Source of the DNA: Vermamoeba vermiformis
Taxonomy: Eukaryota
Reading direction: 5' to 3'
Assembly: GCA_045837725.1 (NCBI GenBank)
Contig: JBEWZL010000209.1
Span: 372,001-436,000 of the forward strand
Length of the DNA stretch: 64,000 nucleotides
Shown: positions 1-12,098 of the stretch, in pieces
Position numbering within the stretch: the stretch's first letter is position 1
Layout: every line of letters begins with the position of its first letter
Notes under the pieces: generated by a model
Databases searched by the model: none
The model's input: only the letters and a program-made list of their open reading frames with translations
Told to the model about the DNA's origin: nothing
Position numbers and translations under genes: made by a program

Positions 1-2433
1 ATTAATTTGACGAAGCTGTATACTCTACTTTATCGCGAAAAGTTCTTTGGCAATGTCGTTAGTGTCGGTCGTGTTCAGACTCCAGTTTTACGAATGATAA
101 CGGATCGTGCCTTGCAACATAATTCCTTCATTCCTGTACGTATATTTATATAATGAGTATTAGCAATGTCTAATTGAAACGTTTAGCAACCGTATTACGA
201 AATGTTCATCACGTGCCAGCACGGTAATTCTACGTTCAAAATGCAGTGGGCGAGCAAAACGACAGATCCCGCGCAAAGAAAGAAATTTTTGGATAAGAAG
301 GAGGCTGTCGCTGCCAGAGACAGTTGTCAGCCTACGATGAAAGTCGTTGATGTTAAACAAGAAAAAATAGTAAGTCGGGCTGCATCATTGCCTTTTTAGG
401 AAATTTGTAACAGGTTTTAATTCGTTCTTTTTTCTAGGAAGAAAAAGGTCCTTTACTGTTTGATTTAACTTCATTACAAAAAGAAATGAACACGAAGCAC
501 GCACTGAGTGCCAGCAAGACATTACAAATTGCTCAAAGTCTTTATGAGCGACACAAGTTGATCACTTATCCGAGAACCTCTTCAAGATTCTTGCCGAACA
601 GTTCCAGGCCTATGGTTGCCGCATTAATTAAGTACGTTATTATTCTCCTCACCCCATTGGACCAGATCCATCGTACGGACGAGATCCAATTTTTATGATT
701 TAATTGGATCCGTTTGAGGCTAACAATTCTTTCTTAGACAATTTACTCAAGACCCAAAGAACAAACATTTCGACGTTTCACCAATTTTAGCGGTAAACAA
801 GGCGCTCGTTATTCGCAAATCAGCCGTTGTTTTCAACGAGACGAAAGTGACCGATCACCACGCTTTATTGCCGACTTTGAATTCTGATTGGCAGAATTTA
901 GCGTCAAAATTGGATGAGAAGGAGATAGTAGTGTTTCAAGCTATTACCAAGCGATTTTTAAGTAAGATCTGTTTCGGATGTGGATCTTTCTCTCGGTATG
1001 TTTTTATTAATCATTGCTATTATTAATAGGTTTGTTCTTGCCTGATTTGGAAAAGACGCGGTACGAGTTAAAAGCGGAAAATAACGGCAATGTTTTCGTT
1101 GCCAGTTACAATATAATTAACAATCTTGGTTGGAAGGCGGTACGTATTATTTATCAATTTATATATTAAATACTATTACTTATAATTATAATAGATGTAC
1201 CGCGGTGAGTTGACTAAAGAAGAATTGGAAGAAGACAAAAAATTCCCGGCACTGAAAGTTGGCCAAGAAATTACGTGCACTGTTCCTCCTTTAGTAGAGG
1301 TACATAATTATAAGGATATATATGAAATTATTCAGTTTTCATATTTTCTAAAAGAAACTGGGATCGAGATCTGATCTAACGTCTCTTTGATTTTAGGAAA
1401 AAAATACAAAGCCACCAGCGTTTTTCACTGAAGCATCGCTATTGACTGCAATGCAAAACCCGACAAAATATATTGAAACAAATAGCGTAACTGAAAATGA
1501 AGAAATTGCCGAGGAGTGGGGTCTAGGCACTGCTTCGACACGCGCTGGCATTATCGAACGGTTGACTAGCGTGGGATATATTAAGAAAAATAATAGAGCC
1601 CTCTTCCCTACGCGCAAGGGCATTCGATTTATCAAGTTAATTCAAGACGTAAGTTGTGAAATTTCGCTCAAAAGTGATGTGCGACCCGACTTTTGACACG
1701 ATATTTTTCATATAGGAACCGATTGCTAATGTTGCAACTACCGGCAAATGGGAGCACGCATTGGCTAAGATTAAGGACGGAAAGTTGGTACGTATCGATG
1801 GCCACTCAACCGAGTTACCATATTTGGAAGTCATCGCCTCGCTCGAGAACCCGAAATTACTCTATTTTTTTTCTGATGTTTTGCTGATAGGCTGCCAATG
1901 AGTTTACATCTGGCATTAAGACAATGGTTAGCGAGCATTGTACGAGATACAAAGAGTAAGTCAGATCTAGATCCGCTTAACGACCACTGGGTAATTTTTT
2001 CTAGTCCAACAAACCGACCATTGCTGCCCGCAGGAATCGATTTGTATCATACTTACTACCAAGACCCAATGAAACTAGGACCCATCGCTGACTTGAAAGA
2101 TTGTACTTGTCCTAAATGCAGTAGTAAGTCACTACTTTCGTGAGCTAGATCCGAGTAATACTAACTATTGTTAGCACCCAATACGATGAAACAAAATATC
2201 GAAGGCTATTTCTGTGTGCAGCCGACGTGTAATTTTGCGGTGCCACGAGTTCTGGATGGCATTGAAATCACGGAGGTAAGTCAAATTAATTCCAGATCGG
2301 GGACATTATTGATTAATTGTAACGATTACAGCCGATGGCCAAGAAAATAGTCAAGGAAAAGAAGTTGGTTTTGAAAGAAAAGAACAAGACGATCGAACTG
2401 ACCTCGGATCGATTTTATCCTGTTGTGAAATAA
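1..2433 (+). CDS. topB: Type IA DNA topoisomerase, bacterial TopB (topoisomerase III)-like; multi-exon, 5' end outside window
   Basis: Spliced exons give [35 protein letters not shown] (catalytic Tyr), [35 protein letters not shown] and a C-terminal CPKC...YFC...CNF zinc ribbon; TAA at 2431-2433. Confidence 0.9.
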
Positions 2434-2834
2434 AAAGGACATGACACGCTTTATTTGCAGTGAGACAGGTCAGTCTAATAACCTCTCTGTTGGTGACTGA
2501 CTTGTCTTTGCCAACATTTGAATATAAAGTCGTGACAGTGCCGTCGAACGAGCCTCATCGCCTTATTATCAGAGAAATTTCAGCAAAAATTGATCTGGAG
2601 AAAGTTTGCTATTATCCATTCGAACAAAATGTAGCTTTAGTCGGTCACTACCAAATATTCGCGATACTATGGACATTCGCATACACCGTTGAGATCGTTC
2701 TTCCATCAAGCGAGACGCAACACATTTGTCGAAATGTCACAGCTGTCATGTCAATTCGTAAGTTTCAGGGATTTATTTAACTGATATTAAAAGCGATTTC
2801 GTTAATCAGATTACAGAATCGTACTGGATGTGTT

Positions 2835-3901
2835 TCAAGCTTTTTTCTTGCTGGGTTTGCTCGGATTGAACGAGCCACTGAACCATGGAATTATACGTGA
2901 TGTATTTGCTTGATAGGACTTGTATTCGGGGTACTTCGAGTTCGAGATCTGCTCGGTCAATGTCGTCGAGCCTTGGAACAAACCAGTAAGGCACAATGCG
3001 CCAACGCCAGTCCAATTGAATAGTGGTTGATAAGATGATAAGCTAGGTTGAGTAGCAGCAATGGAAAACAAGTAGAACGACCACCATAGCGACATCTCGC
3101 CAAAAAAGTTCGGATGCCGGGAGTAACGGAACAAGCCGGTGTGAATGAAGCCAGGTACGACCTTATTATTCTTTTGGTTCTTCATTTGATGGAAGTTCCA
3201 TTGTTGCTGATCCGCGATAACTTCGATCAGCCAAAAGGTCAAAAACAGACCTGCAGCAACGTAGTCCATCGTGTTCAACGGCGTTCCGTGATTAAGCCAT
3301 GCTAAGTATATGGGAGTGACGCACCATAGAATGATAATGTTCTGAATGACGGCAATAAAAGTCGCATTCAGAATCTGGAAAAGAACAAAGCCCATCTTCT
3401 TTCTAACGATCACCCAACGGTAGTCTTCGTGCTTCCAGCCATATCCACCTTTGCGCGCGTAATTGTAGGTCAATCGTACTCCCCACAAAGTAATGCAACA
3501 AGCCATTAAAGTCATGCGCGGATCGAGTCCGTCAGATCTTCCCGAGAAAACTGGTTCTAAAACGAAGTACCACGCGTAGACCATCGGCATAATAGGCCAT
3601 AGCTTGTCCACTTGCGAGTAGTTGCCGGATACAATGGACATAACGTAGCACCAGATCATGAAAATGATGCAGATCGCGATTGCGCCTAAGAGAGGCTCGG
3701 CGTGCGTGAACCACTGCCACCCTTTAGCGACAGATATGTTGTTGATATCAAGGTGCTTGAGGTCTTCGTAGAATCGAAGAAGTAAGTCGGATACGTAAGG
3801 CCAACTTGCGCGGTCTTAAAAAATATCCGGTTAATTAATTAATACTATGATAATTATCACAAAAATATGTACTAAAGTATTGCGTAATTAGACTTACCCA
3901 T
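2835..3901 (-). CDS. DUF1295 / steroid 5-alpha-reductase-like membrane protein
   Basis: NYSQVDKLW, WGVRLTYN, EDYRW, ADQQQWNF, GLFRYSRHPNFFGE motifs. First coding exon ATGG (3901-3898) splices in frame to the exon starting at 3814. Confidence 0.9.
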
Positions 3902-4274
3902 CGATTTTCTGGTTATTGAATTCAAGCAAAACTTTTTGACCGGTCAAATCCAAGTAAAACGAAATTATCTGCGTTTATGACGACTGTTGTGGTCAACTTG
4001 CCAAATATTGAATGTATTAGCAGACATTTTCGTTGCAGAAACTGAAGTTCGGAAACGGAGTTGTGGTTTCTCCTCGATAATTCGAGAACAAAAAATCCAT
4101 CCATTTTGCAAAGCTAATTTAGCAAAAATAAGTCATAGTAACATACCACACGCGAATATGTTCTGTTTGTCATCAATTCCGTTGCTTTTAGAACCTTACG
4201 ATTGTTGGATCGCATCAGCCAAATTGGCGCGAAAATATTTATTTTTAATTATTAGAATAATCCAAATATGGATA

Positions 4275-4799
4275 TTACATTGTGGAATAATTGGCTCTTC
4301 GTCTTCTGCGAATAACTAGAATGACTACCACAATCAAAGTCAATCCCACGAGACCACACGCCACTCCAATTCCAATTTTAAGACCATTATTATTATTATC
4401 ACCAGCAGGAGCAATAGGTGATGAAGTTGGGCTTGCATCCGTCAAAACCACAAAGCTGGTCATGATCTCTCCGCTATCCAATTTTAAATTCGTGTTGCAG
4501 CAAGTATTAGCTGAGCATTTAATAGGATATGACATTATTACTGTTGATGCATCGCAGGTCGTGCTAGAATTAAATGTAGCTACTGTCCATTGGGTCGGAT
4601 CGGATTTGTACGTTACGAATTTAATAGCCATGAAGGGTTCTTCAAACATTTCTCCCTGAAGTGCAATGCAACCTAAGTTAGCGTAGGTCTTGCATCCATC
4701 CGAGCACGCGTTCGTGCACAGTTTTGCTTCTGGATCCGCTGCGACTACTGCAACCACCAACAAAAACAAAGGCAGTGCACACTTAATATTCATATGCAT
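4275..4799 (-). CDS. Small Cys-rich type I membrane protein
   Basis: Signal peptide, Cys-rich ectodomain, Ser/Pro stalk, TM helix, RRRRR stop-transfer and short tail NYSTM. Confidence 0.75.
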   Translation of the reverse strand: MHMNIKCALPLFLLVVAVVAADPEAKLCTNACSDGCKTYANLGCIALQGEMFEEPFMAIKFVTYKSDPTQWTVATFNSSTTCDASTVIMSYPIKCSANTCCNTNLKLDSGEIMTSFVVLTDASPTSSPIAPAGDNNNNGLKIGIGVACGLVGLTLIVVVILVIRRRRRANYSTM

Positions 4800-5152
4800 T
4801 ATAATAACGTGTGGTTGTCGTCTCGGTTGGAAGTTATTAATAAAGCGAGGAGCTGAACCGAAAGCGAACAGCTTATTTTGATAAATTTTGTGATACGCTC
4901 AAAATCAAGTTCGTTCACAACACAATAATACACAATAGGCAGTGCATCTAAGACAGTAGCTAGATGAAAACATAACGAGGTACGCATTAAAGAGAAAGGC
5001 AGATTTGCTATAATTCATTAATTATTAATTTTATGTTTTTTTTTTGAAATTCTTATTAAAAATTACAGCTCTATACATGCTACCCCAAATAGTTCGCTAC
5101 ATATTGACAAAAAATATATTTTTTTAAATATTTTGTAAGCATTATTTGCTGA

Positions 5153-6609
5153 TTACACCAACAAATTCAATACAGAGCGACGAGCAGGCGGTTGAGCTGT
5201 TGCCAACTCAGCGGGCATAGCAAATTTTGCCTCATCGGCTGCTGTGTGGCTAGTAACAGTCGGTTCCAATAAGCCACCTCGATCATCCGTGTGGTTGGAC
5301 GGGATGTAGAAGTCAGCAATTAATGGCTGAAGATCGTCTGCGACCTTTCCATTGATAGCCAATTCAGCGAGCACTTTGCCAAACATTGGAACGAATTTCA
5401 TAGCCCAACCTAAAGGTATGTTTTAATCTACGATCCACACAAAAATCAAATTTTTTTTCTTAATTACCCGCCGTGAATACGACCGCCTTGTTGTTGCTAT
5501 TTGGCACGAAGTCCAGTACGTAATTTCCGTCAGGCGTGTAATTCGTCAAACAGGTTGAGATGTTGGCATTGGTCCATTCATCGGAATTGGTATCAATGCT
5601 AGGCATGTGGCGTTCAAGCCATGCTTTAAGCATCTCTCGCTCATCCATGTCCTTCTCGTGCGCCACTTGAGCCATATCGCTACGTAGTACTTTTGGATTC
5701 GTTGAGCAGATTCGTACGTAGCCTTTCGGATCTTCAGGAAACCCGTAACGGAAGCCCAAGTCATTGGGATTTGCTGAATTAGGTTCATTAGCGAATGAGA
5801 TCCACATAGGATAATCTCTATCCTTTTGTTTTGACTTCCAGTAAAAGCTCGTCATTTCCCAGATCGTCAACTTTAGTTGGATGCCGAAATATTTCAACAA
5901 TTCATTAGTCCAGCATCCAGCGGCAATAATAAGCTTCTTTGACTTATAAACTTTGCCTACAGATGCGATTAGAATAGGTTACGTCTATTATTGGCGTACC
6001 TTTATGGTCCGTTATTTGAACAACATCTGCATCCGTCGAAATATTTGTCACTTTCGTATCAAATTGGATTTTAAGACCCGCCTTGACTGCAACAGCTTCT
6101 ACAGTCCTAAATTTATGTTAAATAATCAGCATACGATGGAAAATTGCAAAAACATACCTGCCCAGCAGCGGAACATCAATAACTCCCGCTAGCAAGTTGT
6201 TATCTTCGAGCCCCGAGTATCCTATATGAATGCACTTTCGTTAGAATGTCTAAAATAATTGCTGGATGGAAACTTGCCTGCGTAGTTCGACGGAACGTTT
6301 TGAAATCCGTAGTTTGGCAGATCTTGCCACTGAATCGTTGCAAGCGGAAACCCAGCTTGCTCGCTAACCTCTTTGGCTTTAGTAAAGTCGCCTTCAGGTC
6401 CTTCCATGGGAAGATCGCGGTCGCCAAGCCAGAGCATCTGTCAAACAAAAAATGATTGGATCTTGACTTGAGATTTTTTTTAAATTAAATTGAAACACTT
6501 ACCTGAGGGAGTAATTAATTTACTTGCACTTGGATCATGACTTTCGGCTTGCTTCTGAAGGTCTTTCCACAGATCGACAGTTTTTTGAGCTAGTTTGGCG
6601 AGATTTAAC
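5153..6609 (-). CDS. Monomeric sarcosine/pipecolate oxidase-like flavoprotein, apparently lacking its N-terminal FAD-binding exon(s); possible pseudogene
   Basis: LAQKTVDLWKDLQ, KKLIIAAGCWT, CLTNYTPDGNYVLD and GWAMKFVPMFGKVLAELA match MSOX/PIPOX motifs. No GxGxxG exon is visible upstream. Confidence 0.75.
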
Positions 6610-6810
6610 TGGCATCGAGATAGGACTTGGTTCGGTCATTTGTTGTATCTTCTTACTAATTAGAATTAAGCATTGAATTTAAGGTGGAAAAAAGTCCTGA
6701 CAGCTTGAAATCTCCGCAAAAGGAAGATTTTTTGTGTCTCGCGAAAATTGTTTTTGCTTTATTCTTCTACTAATCAATCCAATTAGGAGCACCACACGAC
6801 TACTCTTATT

Positions 6811-9800
6811 ATGGCAACTATTAGCGTTCGAGGATCGCCTTTTCATCTGCATCCACTACCGTCAGCACTCAAAACGTTAATCAAAAGCGTTGTGGCGGAG
6901 AAAAATGATAATTTGCAAAATCCTCATGCACGATCTCAATATTTAAAGCTCGTAAGTTACGCAATAGATGGTCATCAAGACAGAAATTTCTAACCTGATC
7001 TGAAGGCGCTGGTTGTTCCGACCGAAGCAGCAGAGCCACCAAAACCTAAAGTCGCTATTGTCGGTGCTGGAATAGCAGGTCTTTATGCTGCCTATATTTT
7101 ACAAGAATTAGGAATTGAATACACGATCTACGAGGCATCTCATAGGTACGAGATTAATATCTAGTTGTGAACCAAAACAAAAATTCCGCCGCTAACTTTA
7201 GCGTTTCAGAATTGGAGGTCGTATTAAGACGCACTATTTTGACGCCAAAACTTACGAGACCAAGCAAGATATCGTCCCTGCATCCGTGGCTCTGGATCCA
7301 AAGAACAACAAACCTTCTGTTGCGAATATCGTGAACAAAGGAAAAGAAGAATCTACTAACGACAAGCCCGATGTTCCTATGACCGATGGCACCGAGAAAG
7401 ATTCCGTGAGTCAGATTAAGACTCGATCTCGATCCGCTTCGCAGGCTAACTTGGACGACAAAAAACCTACCAAAAAATTAAAGAAAGGTGGTGATGACGA
7501 GCTTACTGCAACTGCTACTGAAACTCATGCCGTATCGGCAGTTTCGACGACCTACGCCGAGTTGGGTGCCATGAGACTTCCGGATGTTGAAAATCATTGG
7601 CGCGTTTTTGACTTGATTAATAGGTAAGCTCATTTCATTATCGAATACCATTCTTTCATTATATTAACATTGAAATGAAACTTAATAAAACGAAAGTATG
7701 GTTTCTTTAATAATTGTGTTCTAATTTTGTTAAGCCACGTGACTAATCCTTTATATAGAGTTGGCTTGTCAGGCAGTGTTATTCCGTTCAAAATGTCCGC
7801 TGATCACAATAACAGCTTCGTTTATATCAACAAGACTGCGATCCGCAAGAACGATGCACGATCTGACGACGTAGCGGAGTTGCAATTTCCTCAAGAAATC
7901 GTGGATCTTTGGCGAGACTATCAATCGCTGATGCACGAAGGAAAGAAATTGTCCGCAGATGATATTGTGAGCAAAATTATTCAGCCATTCATCGATGAAT
8001 TGAGCGCTGGTGATCCGACAGCGGATGTGCAATCAAAGAAACTACTCGAGCAAGATCATCATTCATTGGAGAGCTATCTAAGGGAAAAACTTCAGGCGGG
8101 TATGTTTTATATTGATGTTTTCTCGTAGAGATCGCATGTTTATTGACGGATCTATTCAGATTTTTTCATTCCCAAGGAGAAGTTGGAACCGTTTGGTCTC
8201 CTATCATTTTTGGACATTATGGCTTGTTCTACTGGCCTGCTTGAATTGTCATTGAGCGAGTTCGTGATTGACGCGTGGCAATTCTCCGGAGGTTAGTGTT
8301 TGCAAAAATTCATCGTTCAGTGAAACTCCCCAAAAACTCATCAATTTTTGCAGCTGCAAATTGGAGCACGATTAAAGGAGGAATGACGCGATTGGTCACT
8401 GATCTTGGTAGCAAGCTTCAACAGCAAGTTCACAAGGGCTGCAATGTGACCAAAGTCAACAGTATGAAATTTCAATGAAATCCAAATAACTGAGCCCTAA
8501 CGAGCTATTCCTATTTTAGTTAATGAAGCGCACAAGGTGCAACTGACGTACCTTGAAAACGAAGCTGTCAAGACGAGCGAGATATTCGATCACGTGATTG
8601 TTACAGTACCGGTGCCCGTGCTCAGACACATCCAATTCGAATCTGCGACCAAGAAAGATGTTCTCGGCTATCAGAAGCGCGAGGCAATTAGAGACTTTGG
8701 CTACGATCATTCGTGCAAGATCTTTTTGCGCTTCAAAACTCGCTGGTAAGTCAAGTTAGCGAACTCATCAGCGTATATATTACTGGTCTTGGCATTTCAC
8801 TTCAATAATTTATTTTTATAATGCGGAAAAATCTCGATTAATCTCCCGCTCAACACCAAGTTGGAGGTTAAAGTGAACGCTTTTTTTGATAAATTTTTTG
8901 TGAAACGCTCAAAATTTTCAAGTTTCTCTTAATTTTCGCTCACAAAAAAATCAAGCACACGCAAAAGACAGCTCGTCATGATTTTATTTATTTGCTCGCA
9001 GTATCGCTCGTGTCCATAGCGTCCTTTTAGGAAGAAGGGCATCAGAATTGAGTCAGATCAGTTAAACAGAGGTTACCTTTTACGCGATCTTGAGCTGTGC
9101 TTCGTTTGTGCCTTAAAAATGAAATCCTCAGTAGACTACTCGCGACTTTAAGTGTCGGAAAATTGAAAATTAGCCTACAATACACGGAATGCTTGCCTTA
9201 GGGGGCAGGGAAAACGCCCCAGTGCTCATGAACGCGTCACACAGCTGAAGACTTACTCCAACTCAATTGCACACATGGGACCAAACCATTGGGAGGCCGC
9301 GGTACCTCTCTCTGCTGATCCAGAGAAAATGGTTTGATCGGTGAGGGATCAGCTCACCAATGTGGCAACTAGTGTGACGTAGGTTGAATCCACCAAAACG
9401 GCAGATCAACTCACTCGCACCAAAGACAAGTAGATTCGCGACCGAAGCGAAACCGAGTATGAAGGGATTTCAAGTATGTTGTTAGAAAACATACCAACTT
9501 GAGACAGGCGGCAGAAACGGCAAGATCGTTGATCCAACCAACCTAAAAAAATATTTCAGTATAATGTACCGTTAGAATAATTTTTTATGCGTATTTAAGG
9601 CCAATAATTTGAATATTTAGATTTATATTCATCAAAATATCTTTTAATAATTCTGCGGAAAAACTTACAGCTACGCTGAGTTCCTGCCTGGTTACTAGAA
9701 CAACCGAAACCACGTCGTGCGTGTCGAAGCGAAGTGCTTGTAGCTCATATTATGCGCGTTTAATCGTGGTCTTCATGACAGGATTTTGATTGGTTTGACA

Positions 9801-10823
9801 AAGAAAAAAAAGAAACAAAAAATTTGGGTGTGAGTCGCAAATTTCAGGGGCGAAACCAAAATTTAGGCGTTCAGTTTAACCTCCAAGTGGATCGCATTTC
9901 GAAATTAATTTGTCACTTGGAAATAGCCATAAATTTTAAATACGCTTATTGACGTGAGGGATTAGGTGGGAAAAAGCCCCGTTCAACATCGTTGGTGGCA
10001 CTAGCACGACAGATCTGCCCAATCGTGTGGTCGTCTATCCTTCGTACGGCCAAGATCTGACTGACGGTGTGTTGCTTGCAAGTTACACGTGGGGCACAGA
10101 TGCAGTGCGCTGGGCAGGTCTCAGCAAAGACGATCGACTCCTTCAAGCGCTCGAGAATATAGTTGAAATGCACACTGCTCTGGTGGCGGATCCAAAACAA
10201 GCGAAAATTATTGAAAAGGAGATCAGAGGTTCGTTTAACGGCGGTGAATCGATTTGCTGGACCAACGAGCCTCAAGCATTAGGTAAAAATTATTTATTAA
10301 TTTTATAGCATTTTTCTTTTCAATCTAACAAGAACCGCTAGAAAATATAGTATTTCTAAGGCTATATTAATATTCTATCGTAGGAGCATTCTCGTACTTG
10401 TATCCCAGTCAGTTCGGCAGAATGCAAGAAGTGGTCAATGCACCTGTTGAAGGCGTCGTGCACTTCGCTGGTGAACACGCAGACATTTACCATGCATGGA
10501 TTGCTGCTAGTCTCAACTCTTCCTATCGTGCTGTCAAGCAAGTGCTCATGGGAAATGATAAGCTAGTTAATTTGCTCCAAGAAAAGTGGGTACGTTAATT
10601 AACGACAAAAATTCTGCGAAGAAATTTTTTTTACAAATTTTTGTTTTGCTAGTAAACTAATTTCGGTTTTTAGAGCAAAAAGACGCTTTTGAAGACCGTT
10701 CAACCCGTCAAATCAGCTGCCGCCAATATGGTTACTAACAAGACCGTGACGGCACCTGAAGCCATTCAACCTGCTGCCGTGCAAAAGAATATCTCGCTAC
10801 AAAGCTTCTCGCGTTATGGCTAA
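6811..10823 (+). CDS. Flavin amine oxidase / L-amino-acid oxidase family; multi-exon with a 1.2 kb intron (8746-9965)
   Basis: VAIVGAGIAGL, YEASHRIGGR, AELGAMR, KIFLRFKTRWWE, TDLPNRVVVYPS, LLASYTW, HFAGEH..HAWI. Confidence 0.9.
8861..9886. mobile_element. Non-autonomous TIR element inside the oxidase intron
   Basis: TTGGAGGTTAAAGTGAACGC (8861-8880) and GCGTTCAGTTTAACCTCCAA (9867-9886) are inverted repeats, 19/20 match. An imperfect flanking repeat caagttg/caagtgg appears if the ends are GAGG...CCTC. No transposase ORF. Confidence 0.7.
9116..9544 (-). ncRNA. Candidate ~430 nt structured RNA of unknown family, inside the TIR element
   Basis: GC-richer island with nested helices (minus strand: CGUCACA/UGUGACG, GAUCAAACCAUU/AAUGGUUUGGUC, GGUGAG/CUCACC, GGUUGGAUC/GAUUCAACC, GGGGC/GCCCC, GAAAUCC/GGAUUUC), ending at a T5 run. 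Confidence 0.4.
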
Positions 10824-11069
10824 CTGATAGTTTAGTGGTCGAGTTGCACAGCCTTGCAAAAACGAAATCGAAATGTTAAGTTTTTTTAACTGGTAATAGC
10901 TGCATTTTAATGTTTGATCTGATCGCCAAATATTGTATTAGTTTACGCAGGTTATAGTATATGATAAAGCATAAAATATAACGCAAATTTTACCGGATAA
11001 ATTTAATGCTACATGTCAAGTGTCAAAATTTTGACAGTTCTCTTAGTCCAAAGGTCGTTTAGTTATACT

Positions 11070-11867
11070 TTAAGAAAGCTCGACTTCATTCTTAGTAGGT
11101 GGCGTGTAGCTCTTATAATTGCTGCTGTGTTTGTGGCTAAAGGGGTTTAGACGAGCTTGCGGATGGCGCTTCCTCATTCCTTTCACAAATATCACCATGC
11201 CTGCTATAAATACAGCTGTAGACGCCGCCATTAAGATGCTGCCAATAATGATTAGAGCTAACGCCCCGCTACGGTTAAGTGATCCCGGGCTGGATCTCTG
11301 AGCCTGGGGATTTTCTGCCCAAATAGGATTTGTATTCCTTTCGAAATCGAGTTGTTTAGGGTCATAATAGCACGTGAATGGCAGCAGAGTTGGTCTGGAT
11401 GCCAAAACTGCGCTCGCTGCACTTTGGGTCTGAAATTGCTCTGTCGTTGGATGTATCGTTAGTTTAGTTGCCAAATAATAATATTCATTACCAGTATCAT
11501 TGCTCAACCATCCCCAAACGGTAGTTTCGCTGTCATACGGAAACGAGGCCTTTCGAAAAATAAGTAATTTTCAAAAATGAATCAAAAATAACCAATCTTA
11601 CATTATATATAACTGCGTACCATGAAGAATCGCCATCCGATACTTCTGCTACCCATCCAGAATAAACGGTGCAAGTTACAGCTGTAAAGTGTTAGATCAG
11701 ATCGTAATAACTCACTACTACTTACCGATAAAAACTTGCGAGGACGAAGATGGTGAAGTAGAGGGCTCAGCCATTGTGCCAAATACAAGCATAATAATGC
11801 CGCCAGTAAGACCACAGATGAAGACCAGAAGAGCTACGACAAAGCTTACTATTGGATTGATTTTCAT
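11070..11867 (-). CDS. Two-TM membrane protein with a Cys-containing extracellular loop
   Basis: Three exons: N-terminal TM, loop with VTCTV...FTCYYDP, second TM and a basic tail. Confidence 0.7.
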
Positions 11868-12098
11868 ATCTCGAAGGGTTAATTTAACTTGAATTTGGGT
11901 AATTGTTGATTGCTTGTGCTTCGCATTATCAATACAAATGAAAATAAAGACAAACGACGATTTAAGTTTTGACATTTTTCATATGACATTTTGAAATGAC
12001 AGACCTGTCATTGTGACCTGCAGATTGACACCAGATAGGTCGCTATTCGGTGTGGTTTTTGATTAAGGCCAGATAAAAAAGAGATTTAATTTAAACCT

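Noticed and set aside
2460-2780. 106 aa plus-strand ORF
   Set aside because: Non-ATG start, no motifs, and it lies between convergent gene ends.
9116-9544. Assignment as telomerase RNA, RNase P/MRP, U3, 7SK or Fanzor omegaRNA
   Set aside because: No template of about 1.5 telomere repeats, no convincing CR-I/CR-V or box A/C' motifs, and not at the element end or near a TnpB/Fanzor ORF. GAUC repeats alone are insufficient for 7SK.
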